This document shows, in pieces, positions 34,241 to 46,560 of a stretch of DNA of 64,000 bases. The position numbers and the translations under genes are program-made. Under the pieces are notes generated by a model. That model was not told where the DNA came from, made no database searches, and saw nothing but the letters and a program-made list of their open reading frames with translations. This DNA comes from Sminthopsis crassicaudata (lineage: Eukaryota), in contig NC_133622.1 in NCBI RefSeq assembly GCF_048593235.1, positions 189,503,198-189,567,197 on the forward strand, read 5' to 3'. Position 1 is the first letter of the stretch. Every line of letters begins with the position of its first letter.

Positions 34241-35159
34241 TATTTTTATTAGATTAAAATTTTTTCATTATTACTAACTTAATAAACCAGCAAAAAATAA
34301 TATTTAATGTACAAGAACCAAAGAAAGATTTTATGTGAAACTGAACATTTTTGTGTCTGTCTAAAGATGTGTCTTATTCTGCCAGTCTAGTCCATCATCT
34401 TTATGCCAAGAATTTATGCTATGTATAGTTTGTTGTCCCCCCTTCATCATGTTCCACTTGGATTTTTTAATAATTCAAATTTAACATTGTAGTTCCAACA
34501 TTACCCTGCTTGTCTCTGACCTTATTTGAATTTCCTTCTGTGCTCTTCTGTTTAATTTTTTATAATTTATTGATGTTTTTCTTTCTTTTCTTCCTTTTTA
34601 AATATCTCTATTTCTTTCCCTAAAGAAATTTTAAAAAGAAGTCCATTTGTAACAAATAAGTGTAGTCACAATAGCTATTTCCCAATCTATAAATGCTTAT
34701 AAAGGAGAAATCATGGGATGTGAATGTAATGTAATAATTCTATTTTTCCATGGATGGTTTCAAATAAATCTAAGAAGACTTTTATGAAATTTTGCAGAGT
34801 GATTTGAGTAGAAGCAGTAGAATACTTATTCAGTGACAAAGTTTTATAGCCTGTAAGCTTCTTGAGAACAGGGACTGTCTAATGGTCCTTTTTTGTAGCT
34901 CTAGCACTTAGCACAGTTCCTGGCACATAGGAGCTATTTAATGAATGTTTATTGATAAACTGAGAAAAATAACTAAAGAGTGCTGATCAAAGCAATTAAT
35001 CAACCACAATTCCAGAAGACCCATGAGGAAACATGCTACTGATGTCTTAACAGAGAGGACATATTCACGTTTCAGAATAATTCATCATTTTTGGACATGA
35101 CCAAGAGAAAGCCTATGCTTTTCCTGATTGTGCATATTTGATAGCAGGGTTTTGTTTTT

Positions 35160-35184
35160 TCTTTCTTTTTCTTTTCTTCTCTCT

Positions 35185-35230
<46 letters not shown>
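35160..35230. repeat. Poly-T / CT tract
   Basis: More than 40 consecutive T. Confidence 0.95.
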
Positions 35231-35231
<1 letters not shown>

Positions 35232-36167
35232 GTGGAGGTAAGGGACTGAGGATTAGTGATAAGTTTCTCAAGATGAAAAAAAAAAGTAAGAAAAGAGGAT
35301 TATTAAAGAATTTTAAAAATGTACAGACAATAATAAAAGAAAGGTCAGTGGGAAAGAGACAAAGTAGGACACTTTTGAAAATAACATGCTGTATTTATTA
35401 GTGCTTAAAAAGAAAAGAAAGCTGTGAATAATTCCGACTCATAGCTTCATATACCAACTTCCTTGTCTTTTCTACTTTGTACATGTAATACTCATTTTAT
35501 TTGATGTTAGGTTCTGATTAATTAAAAACAAAACAAAACAAAGCCACACATCGGCTGTGTCTGTAGCTGTATGCCTTATTTGGTTAGCTCATCACCAATG
35601 AACCAAAAGCCCACTCAATCACTTAGAAGGAGTTGGGGGGGAAGGAATACTCCATGGTGTCTGAATAGTGTAGTGTTCTCCTCCCCCCATTTCTGGGGTA
35701 GCAACACATACTCTGCATCCTCAAAAGGGTGCCCAGATCTTTTTGTGTGACTTCAGTGGAAGGGAGGGAGATCAAAGAGAACACTGGCTGTTCAGCTGGT
35801 CATCAACCAATTCAACCAATTAGAACCTTTGTTGACTGATCTCTTACTAATTGACATCTCAGATGGACAATGATACGGGGAGAGAGGGAATGTCTCTCCA
35901 TCTTCCCAATTTCTGGACCTTACTTAGGATATAATTTCTTGCTGCATGGATGGAAAGAGAATGAACTTTTAGATCTTTGTAACTGAAGACTACATAGGAT
36001 CACACAGTGAACTAGCATTTATTAATCAACTACTAAGTGTCAGGCACTGTGCTAAGTGCTGAGGATAAGGAGAAAGGCAAAAAAAAAAAAAAAAAAAAGA
36101 GTCCCTGCTCTTAAGATACAGTCAAATGAGAGAACAATATGCAAGCAATTATTTATAAACAAGATAC

Positions 36168-36207
<40 letters not shown>

Positions 36208-36489
36208 ATCCACTCATAATATAAATGTGTATATATACACATATAAATAGAAGTATAAATGTATTTATATGGATATATAAATAAATGGATGGGAGAATGA
36301 TTAAATAAATAAATACTTTTGGAGAGAGCCTCAGGGGGAAGGCACTAAGATTAATGAAGATGGGGAAGGGCTTTTTGAAGAGGGTGGGGCTTAAGTTCAA
36401 GGAAGCCAGAGAAGCAAGATGAGGAGGGTGGCCATTCTAGGCAGTTGGAAGGAAACTAAGAGTTCTCAGAATCACAGAATCTTTGCCAC

Positions 36490-37010
36490 CTGGGACCTTG
36501 TGGGCATCTATCAAACCCCTCCTGAACATCCATAAGAAGTGGTTGTCTGACTTCTACATGAAGATATCTTGTGATGGGGAAACACTCTTACTTGAGGCAA
36601 TTTCTTCCACTCAAAAAGAGATGTAATTGTTGAGAACTTCTTTCTATCACGATTAAATCTGCCAGTTTTCTCACCATTGTTCTTTATTCTGTCCTTTGAT
36701 GCAAAGCACAATGACTCCAATCCCTCTCCCATTTAAGAAACTTTTAGAGAGTTGGATCGCAGTGTTCACCCTCTCTTAATTCTTCTTGTCTTCAGGCTAA
36801 CTACCCCAGTTCCTTCAATGGATTTTTCTATGGCAGTTGCCAATATTTACAATATGATGGTCATCTCCTTCTTGGACTTACTCCAATTAATCAATGTCTT
36901 TCCTAAGATGTGCTTCAAAGCTCTAACACTCCAGAAGGGGTCTGACTGACGGTGACAGAAGGACTGTCCTGTCCTGGCTTAAAATAACATTGTCCATTGT
37001 AATGAAACCT
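36490..37010 (-). mobile_element. CR1/L3 ORF2 3' fragment
   Basis: tcttcaggctaactaccccagttccttcaa...aatgtctttcctaagatgtg...ggtctgactg, antisense L3-like. Confidence 0.65.
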
Positions 37011-37084
37011 GAAAAGAAAAGATCATGGATTTGGAACTGGCCAAGACCTCAGAGACTATTAAGCTCAACCTCCTTCATTTATAG

Positions 37085-37280
37085 CCTGGTTTTTTAAACT
37101 GTATGTCATGACCCCCCAAGGAATTTCATAACTGAATGTGGGGGGCCATGGAATTATGATTTATTATTAGTAAATGTTTGATTTATATACTTATTTTATA
37201 TGACTACAGATCTGGGATCCTGTAAAAATTTCTTGAGTGAAAAAGGAGCCTCAAAAAGGGTGAAGAAATTTAAGAAGCCT
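37085..37280 (+). mobile_element. hAT(Charlie)-like MITE, same family as 2677-2872
   Basis: Aligns to the reverse complement of 2677-2872. Confidence 0.65.
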
Positions 37281-37555
37281 TAATTATAGATGGGGAAACC
37301 AAAGCTCAGGGACTTTGTGGTTTGTCCAGGGTCACACACACAGAGTATGTTTTGTGGTGGGATTTGAACTCAAGTTTTCTTGCCTCCACTTCCAGTGCTT
37401 TATCTCATCTGTCATGTTGCCTCTCATGAGTATTTGGCTTTTTCCCTTTGTGCTGCTGCACAATTAACTCATATTGATTTTGTGACTGACTAAAGTACCC
37501 AGATCCTCTTTGAACCACCTTGTCTTGTACTGCCTTTGTTCTGTACTTAGTTGAA

Positions 37556-37630
37556 TCTAACTAATTCTCTGAGGTGTGCCTATAAAGCAGGTATTTAATA
37601 AAGTCAGTGAAAAAACCAGAATTTGAACAC
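37556..37630 (+). repeat. Short duplicated module, copy 1
   Basis: tctaactaattctctgaggtgtgcctataaagcaggtatttaataaa, near-identical to 39608-39672. Confidence 0.88.
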
Positions 37631-38519
37631 AAGAGATTTAGCTCCCAAGGGTAAATATTGGCAGCCTGCTATCATCTAAAGAACGAGTATTCTCTGACCT
37701 AGCTCAAAGAAAAGGTGTTAAGGAGTCAGTGTTCCCTGAGATAACACTTGAAAAGCACTTATCATGGTGCTTGGCACATAGTAGGCACTTAATAAGTGTT
37801 TATTGATTGAAAAAGTTTAATGCAGGGGCTGGCACATAGTAGGCACTTAGTAGTTATGGATTGAATGATTGAAAGTGATCAGCATAGTGCCTGGCATTTA
37901 AGTTTGTTTCCTTCCTGAACTTCCCTCTCCATGCCTCACTCCCCATAGTAATAGTATATTTAGAGCTAGGGACTCTGTCTTTGGCACTAGAGCTGTAAAT
38001 AGGATTTCTGGCCCCCGGGACAGATTTAGCTGAGCCAGAGAAAAGGTCTGTCATTTTTAGTACATGGTTGATGTACCTAAAGGAATTGGGAGTTGGGAAG
38101 ATGGAGGAATTGGTAAGTCAGAAAGGGATTGAGAATGAGAAGCTTTTGAGCCAGAGTCTGGATGTTTGGGAGAGGCAGAAGAGTGGGCACGAGATGATGA
38201 CCACAAGGATCTGGCTGAACCTGGTGGGACAAACTTTAAAAGGAGAAGTGGCCGCTGAGTGATGGAGGCAGAGAGAAGCTTGGTGAGTGCCCGCTCCTCC
38301 TCCTGGTCCAGTGTGTCTGGCTGGAGAAAAGCAGCCAGCCTTTCTCTCATGGACCACAAGAGGCAGGTCTTTAGCCAAAGCTAAGTTTGAGTGAGCACCA
38401 GAAGAAGAAGAAATGTTGAAGAAGAGATCTGGGGATGTTGGGGGAGTTTGTTACTCAGGAGTCTTTTGGTGGGCATGCTGGAAAGGAAAGGCAGGAGAGG
38501 ATAGGGAATGGGAAAGAGC

Positions 38520-38710
38520 TAGATCTCATCTTCCTGAGTTTGAATCCAGCCTCAGACACTGTGGGATTCTGGGCAACTCACTTCACCTTGATTGCTTCAG
38601 TTTCCTCATCTGTAAAATGAACAGGAGAAAATGGTCAACTACACTAGTATCTTTGCCAAGAAAATCCCAAATAGGATCATGAAGAGTTATATATGACTAG
38701 ACAACTATTT
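38520..38710 (+). mobile_element. Mar1-type SINE
   Basis: tcatcttcctgagtttgaatccagcctcagacact...cagtttcctcatctgtaaaatga...tagtatctttgccaagaaaatccc. Confidence 0.85.
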
Positions 38711-39607
38711 CATTTTCTTTATCACTGCAGAAATGGGAGCTGTTAAAATTAGCAGCAGTACCAGCAACCAGCAGCGACAGAGAATAGGACTTGTAAGGAA
38801 GAAGCCCTCAGTTCAAATCCTGCTCCAGACACTGGTAGCTGTGTACCATCTTAGTCCCTTAGATCTCTGAATCTAAGCCTTGTTATTTGTGAAATGAGGG
38901 GGATTGAACCTGTGAGCTGAAGTCTCTTACAACTCTAAATTTATGAGTCCATGGCTGCCTGCCTCCTACCCTTTCCCTTTCTCCCGTCAATAGCCTTAAT
39001 TCTTTTTCTTTTTCTGTTTTGTTATTTTTAAATGGAGGATTCTATTAATCTCCCCCCCCAAGAGATAGTGGAGACTGCCTGAGCTCATGAATCATGGGGA
39101 AGAAGGGATGCGGCCACTTTCAGCCTGGCTGGGTATTCCATTAGGGAGACCAAGCACCTCATTCATCATCTGCCACTAGCCTGACAGGGCCACCGGCCTC
39201 CGCCTAGGAGGGTGAGTCCTTAGTTCAGAGGCAGTAGGCGTTTGGGCATCCCTGGTACATACCCTGATCCCAAGGAGATGGGGACCGGAATCCAGCAATG
39301 GTGGAAACTCAAGTACTTTTTAGGAAACAGAATGACTCAAGAGGTCATTTTGTAGCTACCTACTAAACTACTAGGTAGGGAACAGGGAAAATGACCTAGA
39401 TTTGATGTCTGTCTCTGGTTTACTGAGTGGACTTAGACATATCTCTTTCCTCTCTACTTCTCCCCTCCCCCCTTTCTATACAATTCCCCAGTGCAGGATG
39501 GGAAGAGAAAAGCCTTACTTGAAGTAAGTACTTGACCAACTCTGATAATCTGAGAAAGTGCTTTATAAATTTTAAAATCCTTTATAAATGGGAGCTATTG
39601 TTATCAG

Positions 39608-39672
39608 TCTAATTAATTCTCTGAGGTGTGCCTATAAAGCAGATATTTTAATAAACAGACCAGAATTTAGCA
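39608..39672 (+). repeat. Short duplicated module, copy 2
   Basis: tctaattaattctctgaggtgtgcctataaagcagatatttttaataaa...ccagaattt. Confidence 0.88.
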
Positions 39673-39894
39673 CTATACAATTTCTGAAAGTTGCAAGTGA
39701 TCTTACATTCTTAAAGACCCAGTTTAAATCTCACTACCTCCAGGAAGCCCCTCTTTGACCAACTCATCTCAGACTTATTCCATCCAATTTATTTAGATTC
39801 AGTAGAAATGTTAAGTATCTGTTGTGTGCATAGCCTTCTGCTAGGGTTGGAGGGAGACACAAAGTTATATAAGAGGCAGGTAACTAAAGCTCAA

Positions 39895-40075
39895 CTATGA
39901 CCTGGGGTCCTTAGTGTCTACTGGGTCAGCCTGATGATGCCTATGGACTCCTTCTCAGAAGAAAGTTTAAAATCAATTAGTGAAATACTCAATTTCATAA
40001 ATTAGTGAAAAATAAAGATATAAGTTTGTTTTTTTTTAACCATTCAAAATCATGGTCCCCCCTGAAATCTATCTA
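39895..40075. mobile_element. MER5/Charlie1-like hAT fragment
   Basis: gcctatggactccttctcagaa...aattagtgaaaataaagat...ggtcccc. Confidence 0.6.
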
Positions 40076-40079
40076 TGTT

Positions 40080-40230
40080 TAATGGCATGCTGGTTAAATG
40101 TCCTCCAGAAAAGAAAAAAAACTTATGACCAATTTGAATTATTAACATTTTCTTTACTTTCTTAAGTCAAAACAGATCAATCAACAAAATAAGGAAGACC
40201 TGATTTGTAGTATTTTAACCATCAGCTCTC
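40080..40230. mobile_element. MER63-like MITE
   Basis: gcatgctggttaaatg...ttattaacattttctttactttcttaagtc...cctgatttgtag. Confidence 0.6.
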
Positions 40231-41389
40231 CTGATCCTTCTTGAAGGGTCCTCCCTGCACCCCGAAACTTAGGGATCTGTGACACCTCCCCAAGAATCTC
40301 TGGGCAAGTGGAAGGATAAATCATAAACACAGATAAGTATAATACACAACAGGATTTAGGGTAAGCGCATTAGCGAGGTATGAACTAAATGCTTTGTCAG
40401 TTCAGGAGATTTACTGAGTACTTTCCTTGTGCTAGAAATGTGCTCCAGAGTGTGATGATCCCAAAGCCAAAAGGATTCAGTTCATGCCCTCCGGCATTTT
40501 ACATTCTGAGGAGCTAGTGTCCAAAGGAGCCCAGTGTGCTCAGTTCTACCAAGTCCAAGTAAATCTATTGACAGAGAGGATCTGAGAAGTCTTCTTGGAA
40601 GAGGAAGAACTTGAGCTGGGTTTTCAAGGATAGATGATGCAATCAGAAGGGCCACATTTTATAAACAGAGTGAGTAAAGACAAGTGGTAGAAAATGTGAA
40701 AGGAGACCATTTTGGCTGGAGTTATGAGTACAGAGGAGGGGTGCCCCCGTGGCTGGGCAGGTGGGGGAGCACGGGTTTGTAGGGGTCCTTAAATGCCAGG
40801 GAAGTAAGTTCTACCATGGTGGGAGATGGAAGAAGAGGCTGGACTGAAGGTAGCCTTCTCAGACTCCTCAGCTCTGGGTTGGGCAGACCCTGTTCCCTGG
40901 TGCCCACTCTGACCTGCCCAGATGCCAAGGTGAGAGCAGAGGGGGACCTAGCTGTAAAAACAAACCTCTGGTTCCCCTCTTTATTAAGTATTTTGCTCAA
41001 GCTCTTGCTCAAGTTGATCTTTGGGGTGTTTAAATGCTATCCTAGGTCGTGACTAACAAAAGTCCTAGAGTATAGGATGGTGATGCTGCCATACTGTGCA
41101 GTAGGTGTTCTGATTTCAGGCAATTAGGCATATAGGGACTCAGGAAATGGGCCTCCTGAGGATTCAAAGAAGAAGAGAAACAGACTATTTGTCTGAACTA
41201 TAAGGGCTCTTTAAATAGAGAACAGCAGAGTCAAACTTAGCTGGGTCTAGTTGTAAAGATACAGAATCAAAAAAACCCAGGATTCCAAAGCTTCAGTCTG
41301 CTGCTTACTGGGTATATGGTCTTAGACTTGTAATTTAATCTGCTCTGGTTCCTCAGATAGATAAATGGCACATGACTAGAATGATAGAT

Positions 41390-41600
41390 TTAGAGTCAAG
41401 AAACCCTGAGTTCAAAGCTGCCCTCAGATATTTACTTGCTATGTGAACCTGGGCAAGTCATTTAACTTCTCTCTGTCTCAGTTTGCTCATCTGTAAAATG
41501 GGAAGAATGATAGGACCTATCTCCCAGGGATGATGTGAGGATAAAATGAAGTCATATTTGAAAAATATATTGCTATCCTTAAAAGGTTCTATAAATATCT
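41390..41600 (+). mobile_element. MIR-type SINE
   Basis: ccctgagttcaaag...ctgggcaagtcatttaac...ctcagtttgctcatctgtaaaatggg...gtgaggataaaatga. Confidence 0.8.
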
Positions 41601-41722
41601 TTATTATTGTTATTATTATTAATAGTAGTAGTAGTAGTAGTAATAGTAGTAGTAGTAGTAGCAGTAGTAGTAGTTGTTGTTGTTGTTAGTAATAGTGGTA
41701 GTAGAAAGTAATAGTAATAGTG

Positions 41723-41753
<31 letters not shown>

Positions 41754-41880
41754 GAAATAGTAGTAATAGTAGTTCTAGTCATAGTGGTGATAGTAGTAGT
41801 AATAATAGTGGTAGCAGTAGTAGTAGAAAGTGATAGTAATAATAGTAGTAGTCATGGTGCTGGTAGTAGGAGCAGTAGTA
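41601..41880. repeat. (TTA)n then degenerate (TAG/AGT)n trinucleotide array
   Basis: Direct inspection; explains the TTT/YYY ORF. Confidence 0.97.
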
Positions 41881-42589
41881 ATCATTGCATGAGACTCTGA
41901 AGGTCCTTATTCCAACTCCCAAGTTTTATCCCAGAGGGCAGCTTGCTGCCTCTTCTCCTCAAGTTTCTAGGGGTATGCTCAACGGGCTGAGGTACCTCTC
42001 CAATGCTATCTGCTCAAGTCGCCAACCTGGCTCGTTCTCCCCAATATTAATCTCCTGAACATCATCTAATCACTTGCTGTCTCCTCCATATCATTGATAA
42101 GTAGTATCAGCCAGCTTTTACAAGAGGATAGTTACTTAAACAATGTAGCAAGAAGCCAAATATAAAACATATCCCTCCAAACTGAGGGGGCCCTTCCCTC
42201 TACCACCTTGAGGCAGCTGCTGTAGAGCATTTGCCCCATCTAGTTTACTTCCTGGCACAGGGACAGAGTTGTTCCCTTATTTCGAGGGCACGGCACCTAA
42301 GTTTGTGACAACGCGGCTGAATCAAGCAAACTGTTCCTCAGAGATACAATCAAGGGCATGCGTTAGAGTGAACATGAACTGTTCTCTGGAGAACCCATTA
42401 TCAGAAACTAAGCAGTTCTATAATTGGAGGCTTGGCTTTGTTTTCTTGATTGTGTTTTCCTTCAGAAGCTCTCCTCTTCAGCATGTAGGAAGCAGCTCTG
42501 CCAGAAACAGGGTCCTCTCCATTGGTTTCATACACACACAAAGAAGGTTGAAGAGATGACGTCCAAATTCCTGCCAAATTTGGAAATTG

Positions 42590-42785
42590 AGGACATGCCC
42601 ATCAGTGGGGGAATGGAAGAAAGGAGAGATACATGTGTCAAATGTTGGTCTTCTCTAATGTGGGGTTGGGAGGGAAAGAGGGAGGCAGCTTGGAACTCGA
42701 AAGTATAACAACCCAACCCTTCTTCCCTGTATTGCAGTATAACAACAAAATAAAATAAAATAAATATTTTTAAAAAGAAAAGTCA
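42590..42785 (+). mobile_element. Old L1 3' tail with internal deletion
   Basis: gcccatcagtgggggaatgg...ggagggaaagagggag...ttggaactcgaaa...aataaaataaaataaa. Confidence 0.6.
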
Positions 42786-42982
42786 TCTACTAAACCTGTA
42801 AACCTGTACTAAGACCTTAAAAATATAAAATATAGAAAGTTAGAGTTAGAAGGTACCTGAAAACATAGGATATAAGATGTCAGAACTGGAAAAGACTTTA
42901 GAATATCAGAACTTTGGTCAGAGTTGAGAGGGATTTTAGAATATAGAAGTCAAAACTTTGAGGGATTTGATAATACCGAACA

Positions 42983-43182
42983 CAAAAGGTCAGCTCTGGA
43001 AGGGGTCTTAGAACACATATGGTCAGCACTGGGAGGGGGCTTAGAACATTCTAAGGTCAGCCTGGTAGGGGTTTTAGAATGCATATGGTCAGCACTGGCA
43101 GGGGTCTTAGAACATTCTAAGGTCAGCCTGGTGGGGGTCTTAGAACACAAAAGGTCAGCACTGGAAGAGCTCTTACAGAACA
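42983..43182 (+). repeat. 33-bp minisatellite, six units in A-B-C-B-C-A order; older degenerate units from ~42835
   Basis: Units start at 42983, 43016, 43049, 43082, 43115 and 43148; core ggtcagc...g.cttagaa. Confidence 0.95.
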
Positions 43183-43449
43183 TTCAGTCCAAGTGTCCTC
43201 ATGCCATTGGAAGGGAAACATTTCCAAATTGCAGAGCAGCCCAGGCACTTTGTGGAGGACTCTCTGCCCTGATGGGCTTCTGGGGGATGCCTGCCAGCCT
43301 TTCTCTCCAGACGTGGTGCAGGATGGTGGTGGCTCCCCTTCACTGGGGTGGAGGGAAGGGACAGCTGGACCCTCCCCCTCCTGCCCCACTGTCCACTCCC
43401 CCTCCTCCTGAGCAGGCCCTTTCTCAGGCCCAGACAGATGGCCCCTGCC

Positions 43450-43660
43450 ACTCACCGGCTTCTAGCAGGCTAATCCTGCCCTCCCTGGATGGGGCATTTG
43501 CATTTCCCCAACAATACCCCATTCAGAGTCCTTCTTCACGTTTCTCTGAGGGCCTCCTGGGGATCCCTGTCAGCTCAGGGGACTGCTAGGGGCTCCCAGG
43601 AGCTGAGCGCCGCTCAGACCCTCTCTGGGGCTGGGCCAATCAGAAAGAGGACAGAAATAT
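43450..43660. promoter_or_regulatory. Promoter-like segment with CCAAT box, palindrome, octamer and a minus-strand splice donor
   Basis: GGCCAATCAG 43634-43643; CTGAGCG-C-CGCTCAG 43603-43617; ATTTGCAT 43496-43503; TAATCC 43471-43476; minus CCG|GTGAGT at 43456/43455. Confidence 0.4.
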
Positions 43661-44609
43661 GAAAGGCAGACGTCTCAATTTCGGCACCCAATTGTTTTAG
43701 TTTGGCAAAGGGAACATGGATACTGGGGCGCTAAGTGTCTCGGCAATGACTTCATTAAGCCCCTTTGGGCCCTGGGAGAGCTGCTCATTCCAGCCCAGCC
43801 CCCACAGTCCAGCCTCCTAAAGAGCCTCCCCCCTTTCCTTTCATTCTTCTTTCCTTTTCTGGAGGGGAAACAAGGCTTCCAGATCAAAGGATTTAGAGCT
43901 GGAAGGAGCTTTGGAGGCCATGGGGCCTCACCCCATCCTTTTTCAGAGGAGGAAAATGAGGCACCAGATATTGGAAGGAGACTGGCCAAAGTCACACAGG
44001 TAGCCATCCATTCAGTCAACAAGCACTAATTTAAACACCATGTGCATCTGGTTCCACAATGAAATGTTAAAACATGGTCCCCTCTTTCAAAGAGCTAATT
44101 TTAAAATGGCAAAGACAACCGACAGATTAATTAGCTACATACAAGATATATGAATGCTTATATGGAAGATTTCAGAGGGAAGGTACTAGGATCTGCAAAG
44201 ACTCCTTCAGAAAACAGGATTCAAGCTGACTTGGAAAAAAAGTAATTCACCTTCTAACTCCAGATGCAACGCCCCAAAGATACCTCCATTTCTCTCTTCT
44301 TGTATTAGAAAATGTCAAAGCTAAATCATCTAGTAACCTAGAGAAGCAACTTCCAGGCTAGATTAGTTGCCTTTTTTTAAAGGTGAGGAGGCAGAAGCCC
44401 CAAAGAGGCCTTTGGGAGATTGGCTTAAGGTCACTCCCAAAGCAGACTGTGGATTCAAACAGAGGGATTCTGATTTCCAACTTAAGCGCTTTTCCCACTA
44501 CACTATTTGGTAGCACATCTGACCTTTCTGAGCCTCACTTTCCTCATCTTTAGGAAGGAAAAAAATTATTACCACTCTAGAAGTATGCTGGATGGACCCA
44601 GCTAGAACT

Positions 44610-44800
44610 GAGTCAGAAGAGCTGGTTGTTAAATTTTCAACCTAAGTTTACATTTATACCTTGAAAATCATCAAAACTATATATCAGTGCTCAATGTATT
44701 GTTTATGTATTGTGTAGACTTAAGAGAGTAATAATGAGGGTAAATTTAAAAGTTTATGGGAACATTTCCCCCCCACAGAGAGCTAATAGTTAAATATTTA
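44610..44800. mobile_element. MER63-like MITE, opposite orientation to the 40080 and 49925 copies
   Basis: agagctggttgttaaattttca...tagacttaagagag...ttaaatatttaccag. Confidence 0.65.
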
Positions 44801-46192
44801 CCAGTATATTCCTTGCCTGTGAGTTGTTATGAGGATAAAAAGAAACAATCAGAATAAAGCTCATATAAAGACATCAGTGATCATCTGACCACTCCATCCC
44901 CTCAATTTAAAGATGAGAATACTAAAGTAAAATGAACATAATTGGCCCAAGGTCATTTAGGTAGTAAGTCTTGGAAATAAGATTTGACTCTAGGTCCTCT
45001 GACTCCAGAGTCAGTATAGTTGTGGTTTCTTATTGAGGGATTTTAACTGCTCTTAGCACCTTCTAAATTAGGATCTGGGTGCAAAATACTGATCATCTTA
45101 CCCTAATTACAGCTCTGATTTAGATGATGGTCTTTAAGAGTTGGTGGTGCAGAAAATCCATTACTTTCTGGCCAAGACTTACAAGACTTTTAGTCCATCT
45201 ACAAAATTTAATTTAAATTAAGTGTAATTTAAATATTATTCTAAATGTGAAATCTTTGTCTAGTAACTAATGAGTGGACTTATTGCTAGTAGAGCTGAGT
45301 AATAATAATAATAATAATACCCAGTTCCACAGAGCTTTAAGATTTGCATAATATCTTTATCTTACAACAATTCTGTGAGGTAAGTGGAATGTATCATTAT
45401 TACTACTTTACAGATGGGGAAACTGGGGCCAGACAGGGGAAAGGACATGTCCAAGGTCACCTAAGTTTATATATAGTCACGTTTTTTTTAAATGTTAATT
45501 AATTAGTTTGTTTCTATTTTATTTATTTATTCTATTTTACAGTCACATAAGTTAGCCAAGCTAGGAGCTGAAGTTAGGTCTAGTAGCCTCCAAATTCTGG
45601 GTTCTTTTCAATTGATTATGCCACAGTGAATTTGTGTTTCCCCAACCTTGCCCTAGGATGAATTCCTGCTCCTTGAGTCCCTGCTGACCTCCAGAGTTGG
45701 GGGGAGGGGGAAGACCAAAGGCTGGTTTCATGGTATCAGGGGAGGATTGAGATGGGGGGGATGAGAGGGAGGTCTCTCCTGCTATAAACTTTCCAGCCTG
45801 GAAAACTTTCACATTAATACTGGCTTAGGCACGATGATAAATTAAAGTATTGAAAGCAGCCGGTTCTCATGGACACAAAGGGTTCTTTCCCTTCCTCTTT
45901 GGGCCTTTGGAGAGAGAGAGGACACTGCTGGGGCAAGGACATTGAGCTGTTAGAGTGGCTGACAGCTTTATAGGTTGAACACAATGGGCAGAGACTGATC
46001 CTGAGAGTGTTGGTCACCAGGGCTGCCTGCCTTGGTCCCTTGGTTAAGCCCAGCCCTCGGCCATCTTCCTCCACCTATCTGAGTGGACACACTTCTAGGT
46101 GCCCACAAAGAAGTCTTCAGACTCTTTTGGATCATAGAATTTAGAAGTAGGAGGGATTTGGGAGGTCATTTAATCCAGCTCTCTTATTTTTT

Positions 46193-46560
46193 TAAATATA
46201 TTTTTAATAGTATTTTATTTTCCCGAATACGTGCAAAGATAGTTTTCAACACTGATCTTTGCAAAACCTTGTGTTCCAAATTATTTTTTCCCTCCCCAAG
46301 ACAGCAAGTAATCCAATACAGGTAAAACAAGTGCATTTCTTCTAAACACATTTTCATATTCATCACGTTACACAAGAAAAATCCAATTAAAAGGGGGAGA
46401 AATATGAGAAAGAAAAAATAAACAAAGAAAACAAATCAAAAAAAGGTGAAAAGTCTATGCTTTGATCCACATTCAGTGTCTATAATTCTTTCTCTTGATG
46501 TGGATGACACTTTCTATCCCAAGTCTATTGGAATTGTATTGTATCATCTCATTATTGAAA
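46193..46560 (-). mobile_element. L1 3' tail inserted into a MIR
   Basis: Tail family as at 24028; MIR halves on both sides; degenerate TSD ccagctctcttattt / ctagcttccttattt. Confidence 0.85.

Noticed and set aside
38057-38380. Three overlapping ORFs, one reading RERLAAFLQPDTLDQEEERALTKLL
   Set aside because: Looks protein-like but has no convincing splice pair or recognisable homology; composition also fits a decayed LINE interior. A blastx hit would overturn this
39124-39210. Plus-strand exon-like segment ending in GAGG|GTGAGT
   Set aside because: Stops in all three frames and no supporting neighbours
41579-41782. Thr/Tyr-rich ORF
   Set aside because: Translation of the trinucleotide array
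42983-43182. Regularly spaced repeats superficially like a CRISPR array
   Set aside because: Head-to-tail tandem units without unique spacers, in eukaryotic DNA with no cas genes
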